From contig CAXXMR010000014.1 of NCBI GenBank assembly GCA_963663805.2, positions 89,016 through 153,015 of the forward strand: a DNA stretch of 64,000 nt, given 5' to 3'. The stretch comes from Sedimentisphaerales bacterium (GTDB taxonomy: Bacteria; Planctomycetota; Phycisphaerae; Sedimentisphaerales; SM23-30). The notes beneath the pieces were generated by a model. That model saw only the letters and a list, made by a program, of their open reading frames with translations, was not told where the DNA came from and did not search any database. The translations under genes were made by a program, and so were the position numbers. Shown piece after piece: positions 1-10,666 of the stretch; within the stretch, counting starts at the first letter, position 1, and every line of letters begins with the position of its first letter.

Positions 1-823
1 AGTTTCGTAAACCCGTATCCTCACGCAGCCGACAGACAAAAGAGCTTTTTACTATCCACAATGGCCTGAAACAGCTTAAAACAGCAAGCATATCCGCGAT
101 CATTGACATAAATCCGGCCGGGCTGAAGATTCTCTAAAAAAACCTTTCGCTCATCAGACTTGTCTTCACTGATATTTATTTTCAGAGGCACATATTTTTC
201 CAGATCAAACTGAGTGTGTGCTTTAATTCCGGGTTTGTCGGTGTCCCAGGCAGCCTGAGTGAGTTTTTGCAAAGCCTGAATACTGCTGCCGTCCACCAGG
301 GGTAATGATCCTGACCGACTTCCAGTTTTTTGTCCTGAGATATCGGCCCTAACTGCTCAGTGAGTTGAGCGATTATCGGCCTCTAACAAAGAACTCTCAA
401 AAACCCGGGATGCTTCCGAAAGCGAACCCAGCGAACCCAGCGAAGCACGCGAACAACCCAACAGCCGCTGTACCTTTTTGAGCTCGCCGGCCTGCTGCAA
501 AGACCGGATGGAACTGCAGATCGGATTGAACATGTATAACAGCAGCAGACTGACATACTGGTCCATGAATAATGTGCGATTGCCGGCCTGGTCCCGCTCA
601 CATCCCGCCGAGTGAAGACCTTTCAGCAGAGCCGAGAGGGACTTGAAATACTTGAACCCACGCAGGTCCCGCTCCTTGATTTTCTGACGCTTAGCACTCA
701 TGCCTCCTATTAGAGCATAAATATCCCTCGAGCGCAAATTACCTATCTTAACATTTCGGGTTTTTTTTTAAAAAAATACAGGAGGCCAAAAGCCTAAAGC
801 AATAAATGTGCCGAACAGGATTG
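1..823 (-). mobile_element. IS4-family insertion sequence, left part (runs off window start); transposase in frameshifted pieces 357..701 and 21..296
   Basis: N-terminal LLLLYMFNP...SIRSLQQA...SLSEASRVF segment, then DGS and DRGY DDE-type motifs; GGAGG before ATG at 701; putative end CAATCCTGTTCGGCAC (823..808, minus) exactly where similarity to a dispersed repeat begins; in-frame 9-bp duplication at 421-438. Confidence 0.8.
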
Positions 824-1115
824 GAAAAAATCGTCAAAAATCGGTCACCCCAGCCCAAACCGCGCCGAAAACCCCCACCGCAAAACACGACTTTGCCACC
901 GCAATAATCGCCCCAAACAGGCATATTCACACCCAAAATCCCCCGCCCACTGCCCCAAAACACTCTTTTTACCCCCCCAAAATCCCCAATCGCGCTGATT
1001 TCGCCCCCTTCAAATTGCGCATTAAGGAGAATCCACCACCCGAAAAAACCCGTTTTAAGCCCCAATCGCGACTACGAAGTCACCCTCGCGCTCACAAAAA
1101 TAAGCACTTACAACA
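824..1115. repeat. ~290-bp dispersed non-coding repeat, copy 1 (others at ~46190-46470 and ~50441-50730)
   Basis: Direct comparison: shared blocks such as ccaaaccgcgccgaaaacccccaccgcaa, caaattgcgcattaagg, cgcgctcacaaaaataag. Confidence 0.95.
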
Positions 1116-1121
1116 GCATCT

Positions 1122-1901
1122 CTAATCCAGCGAATCAGCAAAACTATCCAGCACTTCCCAGTATTCCTCCCCCGCCACACTTCTCAACGTCGAATGTTCC
1201 CCCTCATCCACCCAGAAACACCGTTTCGGCTCCGCCGCCTTGTCATACATCCGCTGCCCGTGGTCAAACTTAACCAGCTTATCCTTCTTCCCATGCATAA
1301 TCAGAACCGGACAGTTCACATTAGCTATCTTCTGCTCATTCAAGAACTTATCGAACGGCAAATGCAAATGATTCAGCACTACCTGAAACGCCGAAACAAA
1401 CCCGCCCTCCAATATCAGCCCCGCCACCGGCATCTCCACCGCCAAATCAGTCGCCGGGCCACTGCCCAGCGAATAACCATACAATATCACGTCACCAGCC
1501 TTAAAACCTTTATCATCAAGCAGATAGCGATATATCAACCGCGAATCCGCAAATACGTTCTCTTCGCTGGGCCGCCCCGTACTAACCCCGTAACCCCTGT
1601 AGTCCCAAGCTATTATCGAATATCCCCGCCCCGCGGCTTCATCCATAAACCCCTTAATCGTCCCCAAATCCTCGTTATTGCCGTGAAAATAAAGAATTAC
1701 CTTCTCAGCCCCCGCCCCCTCAACATAACGATAAGCCAACTCCGCCCCATCAGCCGTCACCATTTTCTCCAAACCCGCCAGTTCAGTATAACTCCGCCGC
1801 TGCGGAAATATCATTCGATGCACCGTCCCACACCCCAAAACCAACAAAAATAACACCGAACAGCCTATAGCTATACTTATTCGTTTAACTTTTTTCGCCA
1901 C
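1122..1901 (-). CDS. Alpha/beta hydrolase (Bem46/ABHD17-like) with N-terminal signal or lipobox
   Basis: YFHGN, DYRGYG, GYSLG nucleophile elbow, HGKKD and a C-terminal His. Confidence 0.9.
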   Translation of the reverse strand: MAKKVKRISIAIGCSVLFLLVLGCGTVHRMIFPQRRSYTELAGLEKMVTADGAELAYRYVEGAGAEKVILYFHGNNEDLGTIKGFMDEAAGRGYSIIAWDYRGYGVSTGRPSEENVFADSRLIYRYLLDDKGFKAGDVILYGYSLGSGPATDLAVEMPVAGLILEGGFVSAFQVVLNHLHLPFDKFLNEQKIANVNCPVLIMHGKKDKLVKFDHGQRMYDKAAEPKRCFWVDEGEHSTLRSVAGEEYWEVLDSFADSLD

Positions 1902-2182
1902 TTAACCACCTGTCCCTAAATAAGTTGTAAAACATGCCCGCAAGTATACCCCTGGCCGGCCATTTATTAATCTACTTTTTGCTGGACCTCAAAATAACCG
2001 ACGATAAACTGAATACTCAAGGTTTTTCGCCGTAATTGAACATATTTATTTGCCGCAACCACAGCTACTTTAATATAGGCAAATTTTTTTTAGGATTTTT
2101 ATCTAGCCTAAATTACGCATTTTTACTATAATCCTCGTCACATTCGGATTTGGTATTGCCAAAATAGAGAAAGGAGTCTCAA

Positions 2183-5100
2183 ATGCAATTCTCAAAAACG
2201 TCCCTCACCGTCCTTTTTGCGATCTTGGCCTTGATTTCCGCCCACGCCTTCGCCGCTGAAACGTATTATGTAAGTGCCACGGAACCCGCCGACTACACCA
2301 CCATCCAGGCTGCTCTCGACGACGCCAACGGCATACTAGGTGACGTAGTTATTGTCATGGACGGCACTTACACCGAAGACCTGACCGTCGCCACCGGCGT
2401 TATACTCAAAAGCGTGAACGGCTCGGGCGCTACAACCATCCAGTTAATTGACCAGACCGGTATCGAAGTGGATGCTGACGCTGACGGTTTTTACGCTCGG
2501 CGGAACAGTCGACCAGGGCTTCGCCATCATTGCCGGCACCGATACCACCACTGTAATTGACAGTGCCGCAGATAACCTGGTAATATCTTACAATGATTTC
2601 ATAGTCCAGGGGATGGCCTCTACCGGAATCAATCTTGGTTCGGTTACCGGGTCAGCAACCATCACTCAGAATGATTTCACTACCGACCTGAACAATTTTA
2701 CCTTCATTACCGGCAGCAGCCTTAACTCCCTGATTCTGAGAAACAATTTATTTGCCGCTCAGGTTGGTTCATACGCCACCACGGCCCTGGATGTCACCGG
2801 CCTGACAGGCAGTTCACAGATTAGCGACTGCTCATTTGTTAATTTTGACATCGCTATCAATCTCGCTAACGGTGCGGGTCTTTCTAATCTGTCCATCAGT
2901 GATTGCCAATTAACCGGTAATAACAAAGGTATCGTTTTTGCCGAAGCAACCGGAGCAACAGGTAATATAAGCGAGGTTTCAGTTACGACAACACTGTTTG
3001 TGGACAGCACCACGGCTGTCGAACTTAACAACAGCGTCTATATCCTAGCTAGCACTATCGTATTCAACAATTGCAATTTCGCGGGCAATACCCAGGCAGT
3101 CACTAATGACTCGGCTACTATTCTGAATGCTCAAGGCTGCTACTGGGATTCGGCGGACGGTCCTGCCGGAAGCGGGCCGGGTACGGGTCAGTCAATTTCG
3201 ATTAATGTTGATTACAGTCCCTGGTGGGCACAGGATTGTCTGGCGGAACATACCGCGGCCTGGACCATCTACACGAACGACACCATCCAGCCCGCCCTTG
3301 ATTTAGCTTATGAAGGTGACGAGGTATTCGTTTATAATGGAATATACTCCGGCGACAAAAACCGCGACCTGACTTTCGGCGGCAAAAACCTTTATGTTCA
3401 CAGTGAAACTCCCGACGTTCCTCAGGACTGCGTTATCATCTGTGATGGAACCCAAAGCGTGCCTCATAACGGTTTTAATCTGACCGGCGGACAAACCAAT
3501 GCTTGCGTTATCGAAGGTTTTACAATTACCGGCGGCTTGCGTACCTTAAGCGGCGGCTTCAATATTGAATCATCGAGCCCGGTGATTAACAATTGCGTCA
3601 TTCTGGCCAACGAAGCCCTGACTGCCGGCGCTGGCGTGTATTGTGCCAACGATGCTCGTCCGGTTTTTACTGACTGTCTTTTTATCGGTAATGGCCAGCC
3701 GACCAACGGTGGTGCGGTCGCGTGCTACTCAAACGCCAAGCCAATTTTTGTTGAATGTCAGTTCATTGGAAATTCAGCTTATAAAAAAGGCGGCGCGATC
3801 TATTGCGACAAGAGAAATCAAATCACTCTGGTCAACTGCATTCTCGCGGGCAACACCACCAATATCGGCAATGCCGGTGGTGACTTTGACGGCGGGGCGA
3901 TTTACGTTCAGGACGGAACGAGCCTTAATATTTACAATTCACTTATCGCTGGCAACCGTGCCGAAGACTACGGCGGGGCAATCGCCTGCAACTTTGTCAC
4001 CAGCTCAGCGTCTGTCAATATTTACAACTCCACTATCGCCCGCAACTCATCGGAAAGCAGTATCGGCGGTGGATTCTACATGGAAAACCTTAACCATCAG
4101 AGTTACTTCCGCAACACGATTATATCTTTCAACGAATCGGTACTGGGTAAGAATTTTGCATTCTCGGGCGGCACCGTCGATGCCTTCCACGGCTCATACA
4201 GCTGCCTGCCTGTTTTCACCTCCAGCATCAGTGACCCTGTCGGCGTACTCGATTTACAAAACTGTCTTACGGTAGACGGAGCCAATCCTATCGACCCCGG
4301 CTTCACGGATTCATATTCCGGCAACTGGTCCCAGGCCGGAGTTTATGATTCCGCAGCCCATACGGTGATACTAACTGACCTCTGGTCGAACTATCCCGAC
4401 AATTGGGAAACCGGCGAATTAATCGGAAAATATGTTCAGCCGAATATCGACGATGCCCGTCAATATCTCATTTTAGACAACACCGAAACAACCATTACTA
4501 TTGACGCTGATTATGGAACCATAACCAATGGTTTTTCCTGGGTTGGCACCTGGGAAGACTATCAGATTCGCGACTATCGGCTGGCTGACGATTCTCCCTG
4601 CATAGATGCCGGCAACAACACCTCTATTCCGGTAGATACCTACGACCTGAACAACAACGGAATCACCGACGAGCTATGGCCTAACGATCTTGATGGATAC
4701 ATTCGCAAAACCGACGAGCCGCTTATCCCCGATACCGGAGTTGGTCTGGCTCCGATAGTCGATATGGGTGCCCATGAATTTGGCTCTTTCTTTTCTCTCA
4801 ATCTGGAATGGTCTGCTATCGAATCAACCCAGACAGTCAATACCCCCTTTGCCGTAAGCCTTACCGCCCGGATGCCGGATGGTCAGATTGCCGACTGGTT
4901 TGATGAACCGGTAAACATTGAATGTCTGGCTTTCAGCACCATAGATTCTAATGAAACTATCGGCACCGACATTCTCGAATGGGAATTTCCGCTCCAGACC
5001 TGGGCCAAACACATGGCCCGCACCCAGACAATCTATCTGGCCCAGGACATAGGCGATGCCGCCCGTATTACGTCGCTGGCCCTGGACGTAACCGACAGCT

Positions 5101-5876
5101 TTTTATACGATGTCGGCAACTGGACCATACGCCTGAAACACACTACCCTTAGTTCTTATGCCGCCAGTCCCGCCTGGGTTGATTCATCTTTATGGACCAC
5201 GGTTTATGCCGCTGACACCGTTATACCTGAAGGTGGTTATGTGTTCTTCGAGTTCGACACGCCCTACGAATACAACGGCAATGACAATATCATGGTTGAC
5301 TTCTCTTTCTCGATGCCGAACGCTTTCCCCGTGAATATCATCACCCGGGCGGGAATTCCCCAAGCTGGCATTAACCGCACTATTTACCAGTCGGCACTTA
5401 ATGAAAGCGGACTGGGACTACCTACGCTTTGGCAGGGCACCACAAATCCTACCCCGCTGATAACCGACAAAGTTCCCAATATAATCCTGCACACTCAAAG
5501 GGATGTGACCACCGCTGTTGCCGTTACCCCCGATACGCTGAGCGGCTTTGTCGGCGGGGTATGGACCGGTGAGCTTACGGTGGCTGAGATAGCGGAAAAC
5601 GCTATCATTCGCGCCAATCTTATTCTAGCGACGACCTCGGATAGTAACTATTTTGATGTTGTGGCCCAACTGTTATTCACCGGCGATTATAATGACGACC
5701 TGATTATCGACTTCGCTGACTTCGCTTTCTTCGCCAACCAATGGCTGAGAACCGATTGCGAACAGGCCAATGATTTCTGCGGGGAAACCGACTTTGACCA
5801 GAGTACCGATGTCGGCACCAGTGACCTGCAGGAGTTCTCCCAGAGGTGGCTTGACGACCTGACTCCGCAAGAATAA
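2183..5876 (+). CDS. Large secreted right-handed beta-helix protein with C-terminal dockerin-like domain (~1230 aa after correcting one frameshift near 2490)
   Basis: Signal peptide in ORF 2183; removing one T from the T5 run at 2487-2491 gives DGFTLGG and joins ORF 2448..5876; GGAI repeats, SPCIDAG...VDMGAHE, GDYNDDLIIDFADFAFFANQWL. Confidence 0.85.
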
Positions 5877-5900
5877 GGATGCAATTCAGCTTACCCCCTC

Positions 5901-5934
5901 AAAGGGCGGCCTCTGACAGGTCGCCCTTTTTTTT
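5901..5934. terminator. Intrinsic terminator between convergent genes
   Basis: aaagggcggcct-ctgac-aggtcgccc followed by a T-tract. Confidence 0.8.
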
Positions 5935-7075
5935 ATTCTGAAAGTAGCTTTATCCAGCCAGCAGGATTAGTGACAAGCAGTTTCTCGTTTTCTATTTTTT
6001 GGCCAATGCGGCAAATAAGGATTCTTTTGTCGGCAGAAATCATGTCAGCTGTTTTGTGTAAACGACTAATCATATCCTTCGATGGATTACTGGTAAGCTT
6101 GATTTCGATTGCCCAACGATCAGTACCCCAATCAAGAACAAGATCCAACTCATAACCGTCTGAAGTCCGGAAATAATATGGTTGGACGCGTTTGCCGGTG
6201 GCCGCAATCGCGCATAGAGTTTGCTCAATAATAAATCCTTCCCAGCTATGGCCCAACCATGGTTGGCAATAAAGTTGTTCCATATCACTTACATTCATTA
6301 AGGAATGGAGCAATCCGCTATCTCGCCAATAAACTCTTGATGTTTTTACCAGTCGTTTTTTTATGTTCGTAGAATAAGGCGTCAGCTTCCTAATAAGAAA
6401 AACCCCCTCCAGGAAATCGCAATAGCTAAGTACAGTCTTATGGTCAAGCGATAGAGACGCTCCAAGCTGGGAAGCATTAAGCGGTTGGCCGTGAATGACA
6501 GCAAGCATAGCTAATAGTCTCATGGTTTGTTGGGGTTTAGCTGATAACCCCCAAGTGGGCAAATCCCGTGTTGTCAACATCTCCAGATAGCTCTGCTGCC
6601 ACTCAGGAAACATTTTGGCATCAAGCACCCCGCCATCGGGGTATCCACCGCGCATCCATAAATCATCCAATTGCTTAGCTTTAAGTTCCGGCAAAATAAA
6701 CGGGGTCATGTGAACCAACCCCATTCGCCCAACGAGTGATTCTGATACATTCTTCATTAATGCCGGCGATACTGAACCCAACAAGAGAAACCTCCCATTG
6801 CGTTTGCGGTCGGAGTCGATAGTTCCTCTCAGACGAGAAAATACCCAAGGCGATTCCTGGGCTTCATCAATTACAACAAGCTTTTTTCCTGCCGCAAGAG
6901 ATTCCCACTCCACGTCAAGCCGAGCCTCACTGCCCTCAGTTTCCATATCAAAGTAGGTCCCATTGAACTGCTGTGCAATGGTCGTCTTGCCGCACTGCCG
7001 AGAGCCAAGTATCGCCACGGCTGGAAACTTGTCAAGTTTGCCCTGAATCTGTTTTTTGTATATACGAGAAATCAT
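5933..7075 (-). CDS. AAA+ ATPase with C-terminal DUF4143-type domain
   Basis: Walker A GSRQCGKT, Walker B IDEAQ, GGYP, YWRDSG, and ELDLV...AIEIK nuclease-like motif. Confidence 0.9.
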   Translation of the reverse strand: MISRIYKKQIQGKLDKFPAVAILGSRQCGKTTIAQQFNGTYFDMETEGSEARLDVEWESLAAGKKLVVIDEAQESPWVFSRLRGTIDSDRKRNGRFLLLGSVSPALMKNVSESLVGRMGLVHMTPFILPELKAKQLDDLWMRGGYPDGGVLDAKMFPEWQQSYLEMLTTRDLPTWGLSAKPQQTMRLLAMLAVIHGQPLNASQLGASLSLDHKTVLSYCDFLEGVFLIRKLTPYSTNIKKRLVKTSRVYWRDSGLLHSLMNVSDMEQLYCQPWLGHSWEGFIIEQTLCAIAATGKRVQPYYFRTSDGYELDLVLDWGTDRWAIEIKLTSNPSKDMISRLHKTADMISADKRILICRIGQKIENEKLLVTNPAGWIKLLSE

Positions 7076-7270
7076 ATATTGCATTATGGGAATCTATTCC
7101 CAATATGCAAGAATTATTTAAAATATTCTGCGTCATAAAGACAAAGTATTCCCAAGCTCCCACAACGCCTTTAATATCAGCAACTTGCGTTAATTGACCA
7201 GTAGATCATATTTTGCAAATCATTTGTAAAAACTTGTATATAAATGATTTACATTTCACAAGAAATGAAA

Positions 7271-7344
7271 TACGCCCGAAGGGATTCGAACCCCTAGCCT
7301 TTGGTTCCGTAGACCAACGCTCTATCCATTTGAGCTACGGGCGC
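7271..7344 (-). tRNA. tRNA-Arg (ACG), CCA not encoded
   Basis: Minus strand GCGCCCGTAGCTCAAATGGATAGAGC-GTTGGTCT-ACG-GAACCAA...GGTTCGAATCCCTTCGGGCGTA folds as a cloverleaf. Confidence 0.97.
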
Positions 7345-7655
7345 TTGTTGCTGCCGAAAACAGGGATTGAGGGCTGCTGTTTAGGACAGACGGGTAATTT
7401 AACCCCTGCCAACGACCTTTGCAAGCAAATTGACCAAAAAAAAAACCGCCTGCCCACTCCTAAAAAATATTACCCAGCTTAACAGGGCCTCACCAAAGGT
7501 CCATCTTTCCTATCTTCACAAAAAAATCCGCTTTTTTCTCCATAATTCTCCCCGCCCGCTTTGCCCGCGGCGGATATGTATCTTATTCTTGCTCAACGAC
7601 CTCACCATCGGAGGATGAGGTAAGACTTATAGAGTCACCCAATTAGGAGAGTGGG

Positions 7656-8393
7656 ATGAAAACCACACGGACTATGTGCGCCGTTTTCCGGCTGCTGCTG
7701 GGAGTCTGCGCTACATCACAGGCCACCGAACTTTTTGATTTTGACAACGGCTCGGATGGCTGGACAACCAGCACTATACAGGACAGTGGTGCGATCAGAG
7801 TAGGTGCGCCTGATTTTGTGCCCGCCGCCGGCAATCCCAACGGATATGTCTCAGCGTGCATAGATTATGCCGACCCCAGGCTGTATGGATTCCATCAGTT
7901 TGATGCCGGTATTATGGGCGACCTGACCGGCCTGACCCTAACGGTGGACACCCGCCTTATCGGTCAGATTACCGGGCCCGGCACCACACCGGCAGTGCGC
8001 TTTTATGTCGGTTCGTATACCAGCGGAAACAATTACTATATGAGCAATGACCTGTTCAGCTGGGATATCAATAATGATACCAACTGGACGAATCACACCG
8101 TGACATTGAGCGTCGAAAACTTTGTACTTTGGCCCAACTCCGCGGCCAACAGCAAAACTTTCGCACAGGTTATCGCTCAGCCCGAAGACATCGGCCTGCT
8201 GTTCACCGATGACATCGTGAACTTCAGCAACAATGCCTTTTTGGGCATTAGCAGCTCGACCGGCGCCGTTATCGAAATGGACAATTTCGGCACCGCTCCG
8301 GTAGCTGTGCCCGAACCACTGACTATGGTGTTTTTGGGGACAGGTCTGCTGGCTACCATCAGACCTTGGCGCAGGAAATCTCGTCCAAACTGA
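7656..8393 (+). CDS. PEP-CTERM sorting-domain surface protein
   Basis: Signal peptide; C-terminal VPEP + hydrophobic helix + RRKSR; AGGAG upstream. Confidence 0.9.
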   Translation: MKTTRTMCAVFRLLLGVCATSQATELFDFDNGSDGWTTSTIQDSGAIRVGAPDFVPAAGNPNGYVSACIDYADPRLYGFHQFDAGIMGDLTGLTLTVDTRLIGQITGPGTTPAVRFYVGSYTSGNNYYMSNDLFSWDINNDTNWTNHTVTLSVENFVLWPNSAANSKTFAQVIAQPEDIGLLFTDDIVNFSNNAFLGISSSTGAVIEMDNFGTAPVAVPEPLTMVFLGTGLLATIRPWRRKSRPN

Positions 8394-8460
8394 GGGAAAT
8401 GTGTTGAGGAAAATGTTGCTCCAGCCAACTTTGGTCGGGGCGAGAGGGGAGGAAATGTGG

Positions 8461-8497
8461 GCCGGTCCGAATCCTCCTGTTCGGATCGGCTTTTTTT
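8461..8497 (+). terminator. Intrinsic terminator
   Basis: gccggtccgaa-loop-ttcggatcggc followed by T7. Confidence 0.7.
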
Positions 8498-9275
8498 ATC
8501 GCAAGGGCAGAACCATAGGCCGACCGCTAACCGGATGAACGCCCACATAAGCGCTCTGGCGATAAACCTCACCCACCACTTCCTGGCTTATCACTTCCTC
8601 AACCGACCCGCCACGGAAAATTTTACCGTCCCGCATTAGAATCAGCCGCGTACAGAACATTGCCGCCAGATTCAAATCATGCGTTACTACCGCCACCGCC
8701 ATCCCCTTACTCGCCAAATCCGCCAATAGCGAAAAAAAACTCACCTGATGGTGCATGTCAAGCCCCACTGTCGGCTCGTCCAGCAGCAGTAATTTCGGCT
8801 GTTGAGCCAGCACCGAAGCCAGCAAAACCCGCTGTCGTTCACCGCCGGAAAGATGCGATAAATGACGATGTCGATAAACCGCCGTCTCGGTCCGCTCCAG
8901 ACAGTCCTCCACAATCTCCCGGTCGCGTGCCTGCATCACACCGGCCCCGGAAAGATGAGCAAACCGCCCCATCGCCACCACTTCTTCCACACGATAATCA
9001 AAGGTACTCGAAACATTCTGCGGCAAATACCCCATCTGCCGGGCAATCTCCCGCCGCGACAGGTTCGACAGCTTCTTACCACCCAGCAGCACCCGCCCGG
9101 AATGCGCGTGCAAAACTCCCGCGGAAATTTTCAATAGTGTGCTTTTACCCGCCCCGTTGGGCCCAATCACCCCTAAAAGTTCGCCGCCCGACACCCGCAG
9201 CGAAACCTCGTTCAGCCGCCAGCCGTCCGAACCGTAGTCATAGCTGACACCCTCAGTTTCCAGCAGCGTCGTCAA
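8496..9275 (-). CDS. ABC transporter ATP-binding protein, cobalamin/Fe-siderophore type (BtuD/FecE-like)
   Basis: GPNGAGKS, LSGGERQRV, LLLDEPT, THDLNLA; last gene of the riboswitch-led operon. Confidence 0.9.
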   Translation of the reverse strand: MTTLLETEGVSYDYGSDGWRLNEVSLRVSGGELLGVIGPNGAGKSTLLKISAGVLHAHSGRVLLGGKKLSNLSRREIARQMGYLPQNVSSTFDYRVEEVVAMGRFAHLSGAGVMQARDREIVEDCLERTETAVYRHRHLSHLSGGERQRVLLASVLAQQPKLLLLDEPTVGLDMHHQVSFFSLLADLASKGMAVAVVTHDLNLAAMFCTRLILMRDGKIFRGGSVEEVISQEVVGEVYRQSAYVGVHPVSGRPMVLPLR

Positions 9276-9777
9276 CGGCTTCCTCCGCTACATTAACCTC
9301 GTTCGCATCCGCGCCTGGTTTATCAACTTCTACTGGCTCAGCTACAGGTTCCTCTTCTACATTTTCATCCTGAACCTCAATAGTAGCAGCCCCTGACTCT
9401 TTTGCGTCTTCCTGCGGCTGCACCACAACTTCATCGGTCGGCTCCGGCTCGATTATTTCAAATCCGGAAAAAGGCTTAGCAGGCTCAAGTTCAAGGGGCA
9501 CTGTCGGTGCCAAAGGCTGGTCAAAATTAAGTTCAAACGGAAGCTCGACCGGTTTGTTGTCAACCCCTTCAGCCTGCTTTTCTGATTCAACCAGCTCAAC
9601 AGCCTCAGCTTCAGCTTCAATTACCGGCTCAGGCTCAACAACTTCCACTTCCTCGGCAACCACAGCTTCTGCCGGGCCATATTTGTACCGCCCCGCCAAA
9701 TCCAGCAGCAGACAAAGCCCCGTCCCCACGGCAATTAACAACAAAAACGCAAATAATGTTCGGTATCTCGTCAGCAT
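9253..9777 (-). CDS. Hypothetical membrane-anchored acidic (Glu/Pro/Val-rich) protein
   Basis: N-terminal hydrophobic helix, low-complexity acidic remainder, co-oriented in operon. Confidence 0.7.
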   Translation of the reverse strand: MLTRYRTLFAFLLLIAVGTGLCLLLDLAGRYKYGPAEAVVAEEVEVVEPEPVIEAEAEAVELVESEKQAEGVDNKPVELPFELNFDQPLAPTVPLELEPAKPFSGFEIIEPEPTDEVVVQPQEDAKESGAATIEVQDENVEEEPVAEPVEVDKPGADANEVNVAEEAVDDAAGN

Positions 9778-9850
9778 AGGAAATCAGCATAACACCGCTG
9801 TGGCCTCTCAGCAAAGAAAAAAATACCAGTTAGCCCCCGCCCCCCATCAT

Positions 9851-10654
9851 TCACCGCAAATCAAAAAGTGAATTATCAACCGGGTCCAGCCAACCCAACG
9901 CCGCCAGATTAGAATCAACACCATAAGCATTTCCCCCCGGTTCAATCGCCGCCATCGTCCCACTGTCAACCCTGCCGTCAGCCCAGGCAATATTGGCCCG
10001 ACCGCCATGCCGAAAATGCATCGAAGGAGACATGTAACTGGCCGAACAAGTCGCCCCGCCGCTGACAAAATAAGGCGGCTCCACAAAAGAATATTCTATC
10101 AGATTCTTAACCGTCCCCTTGGCCATGGCGGCATCCGCGAACATCAGCGTCGCGCCCGGTCGCGAAATCTCTTCCTGATTCGTACTGCGAACATAGATCT
10201 CATCCCAGCTTATCTTATCCCACTCCCGCGAACCAAGATAACTCTTATTATAACCGTAACCGCCGCAGCCTTTCTCAAAACTCTCGCCCCATCCTTCACC
10301 CTTAACAAAATTAATCCGACCCGGACATTCTTTAACCTCACCGTCACCCAAATAATCCCGCAAGGGACTCCGCCCCGAATCAAACGCATCATCAATAGTA
10401 TCACGTTCGCCATGCCAGCGTTTCAGATTCGCGCCCAGCATATCCGCGCTGGCCAGAACCAGAAAATCACGATTCTCTGTCGCGTAGCCAATATTCGCCA
10501 AAGCTAGCTGCCTCAGGTTACTCTTGCATACCACCGACTGCGCACTGCTCCGAGCCGCCCCCAACGCCGGCAGCAAAATGCTGACCAGCATCGCGATAAT
10601 CGCCACCACTACCAGCAACTCAACCAATGTAAAAGCTTCAGCCTTACGCATCAT
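9851..10654 (-). CDS. Prepilin-type N-terminal cleavage/methylation protein with H-X9-DG motif (DUF1559-like)
   Basis: [46 protein letters not shown]. Confidence 0.93.
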   Translation of the reverse strand: MMRKAEAFTLVELLVVVAIIAMLVSILLPALGAARSSAQSVVCKSNLRQLALANIGYATENRDFLVLASADMLGANLKRWHGERDTIDDAFDSGRSPLRDYLGDGEVKECPGRINFVKGEGWGESFEKGCGGYGYNKSYLGSREWDKISWDEIYVRSTNQEEISRPGATLMFADAAMAKGTVKNLIEYSFVEPPYFVSGGATCSASYMSPSMHFRHGGRANIAWADGRVDSGTMAAIEPGGNAYGVDSNLAALGWLDPVDNSLFDLR

Positions 10655-10666
10655 AACGCCCTTACC

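Noticed and set aside
7085..7344. Prophage or ICE at tRNA-Arg
   Set aside because: No integrase, phage genes or duplicated tRNA 3' end seen
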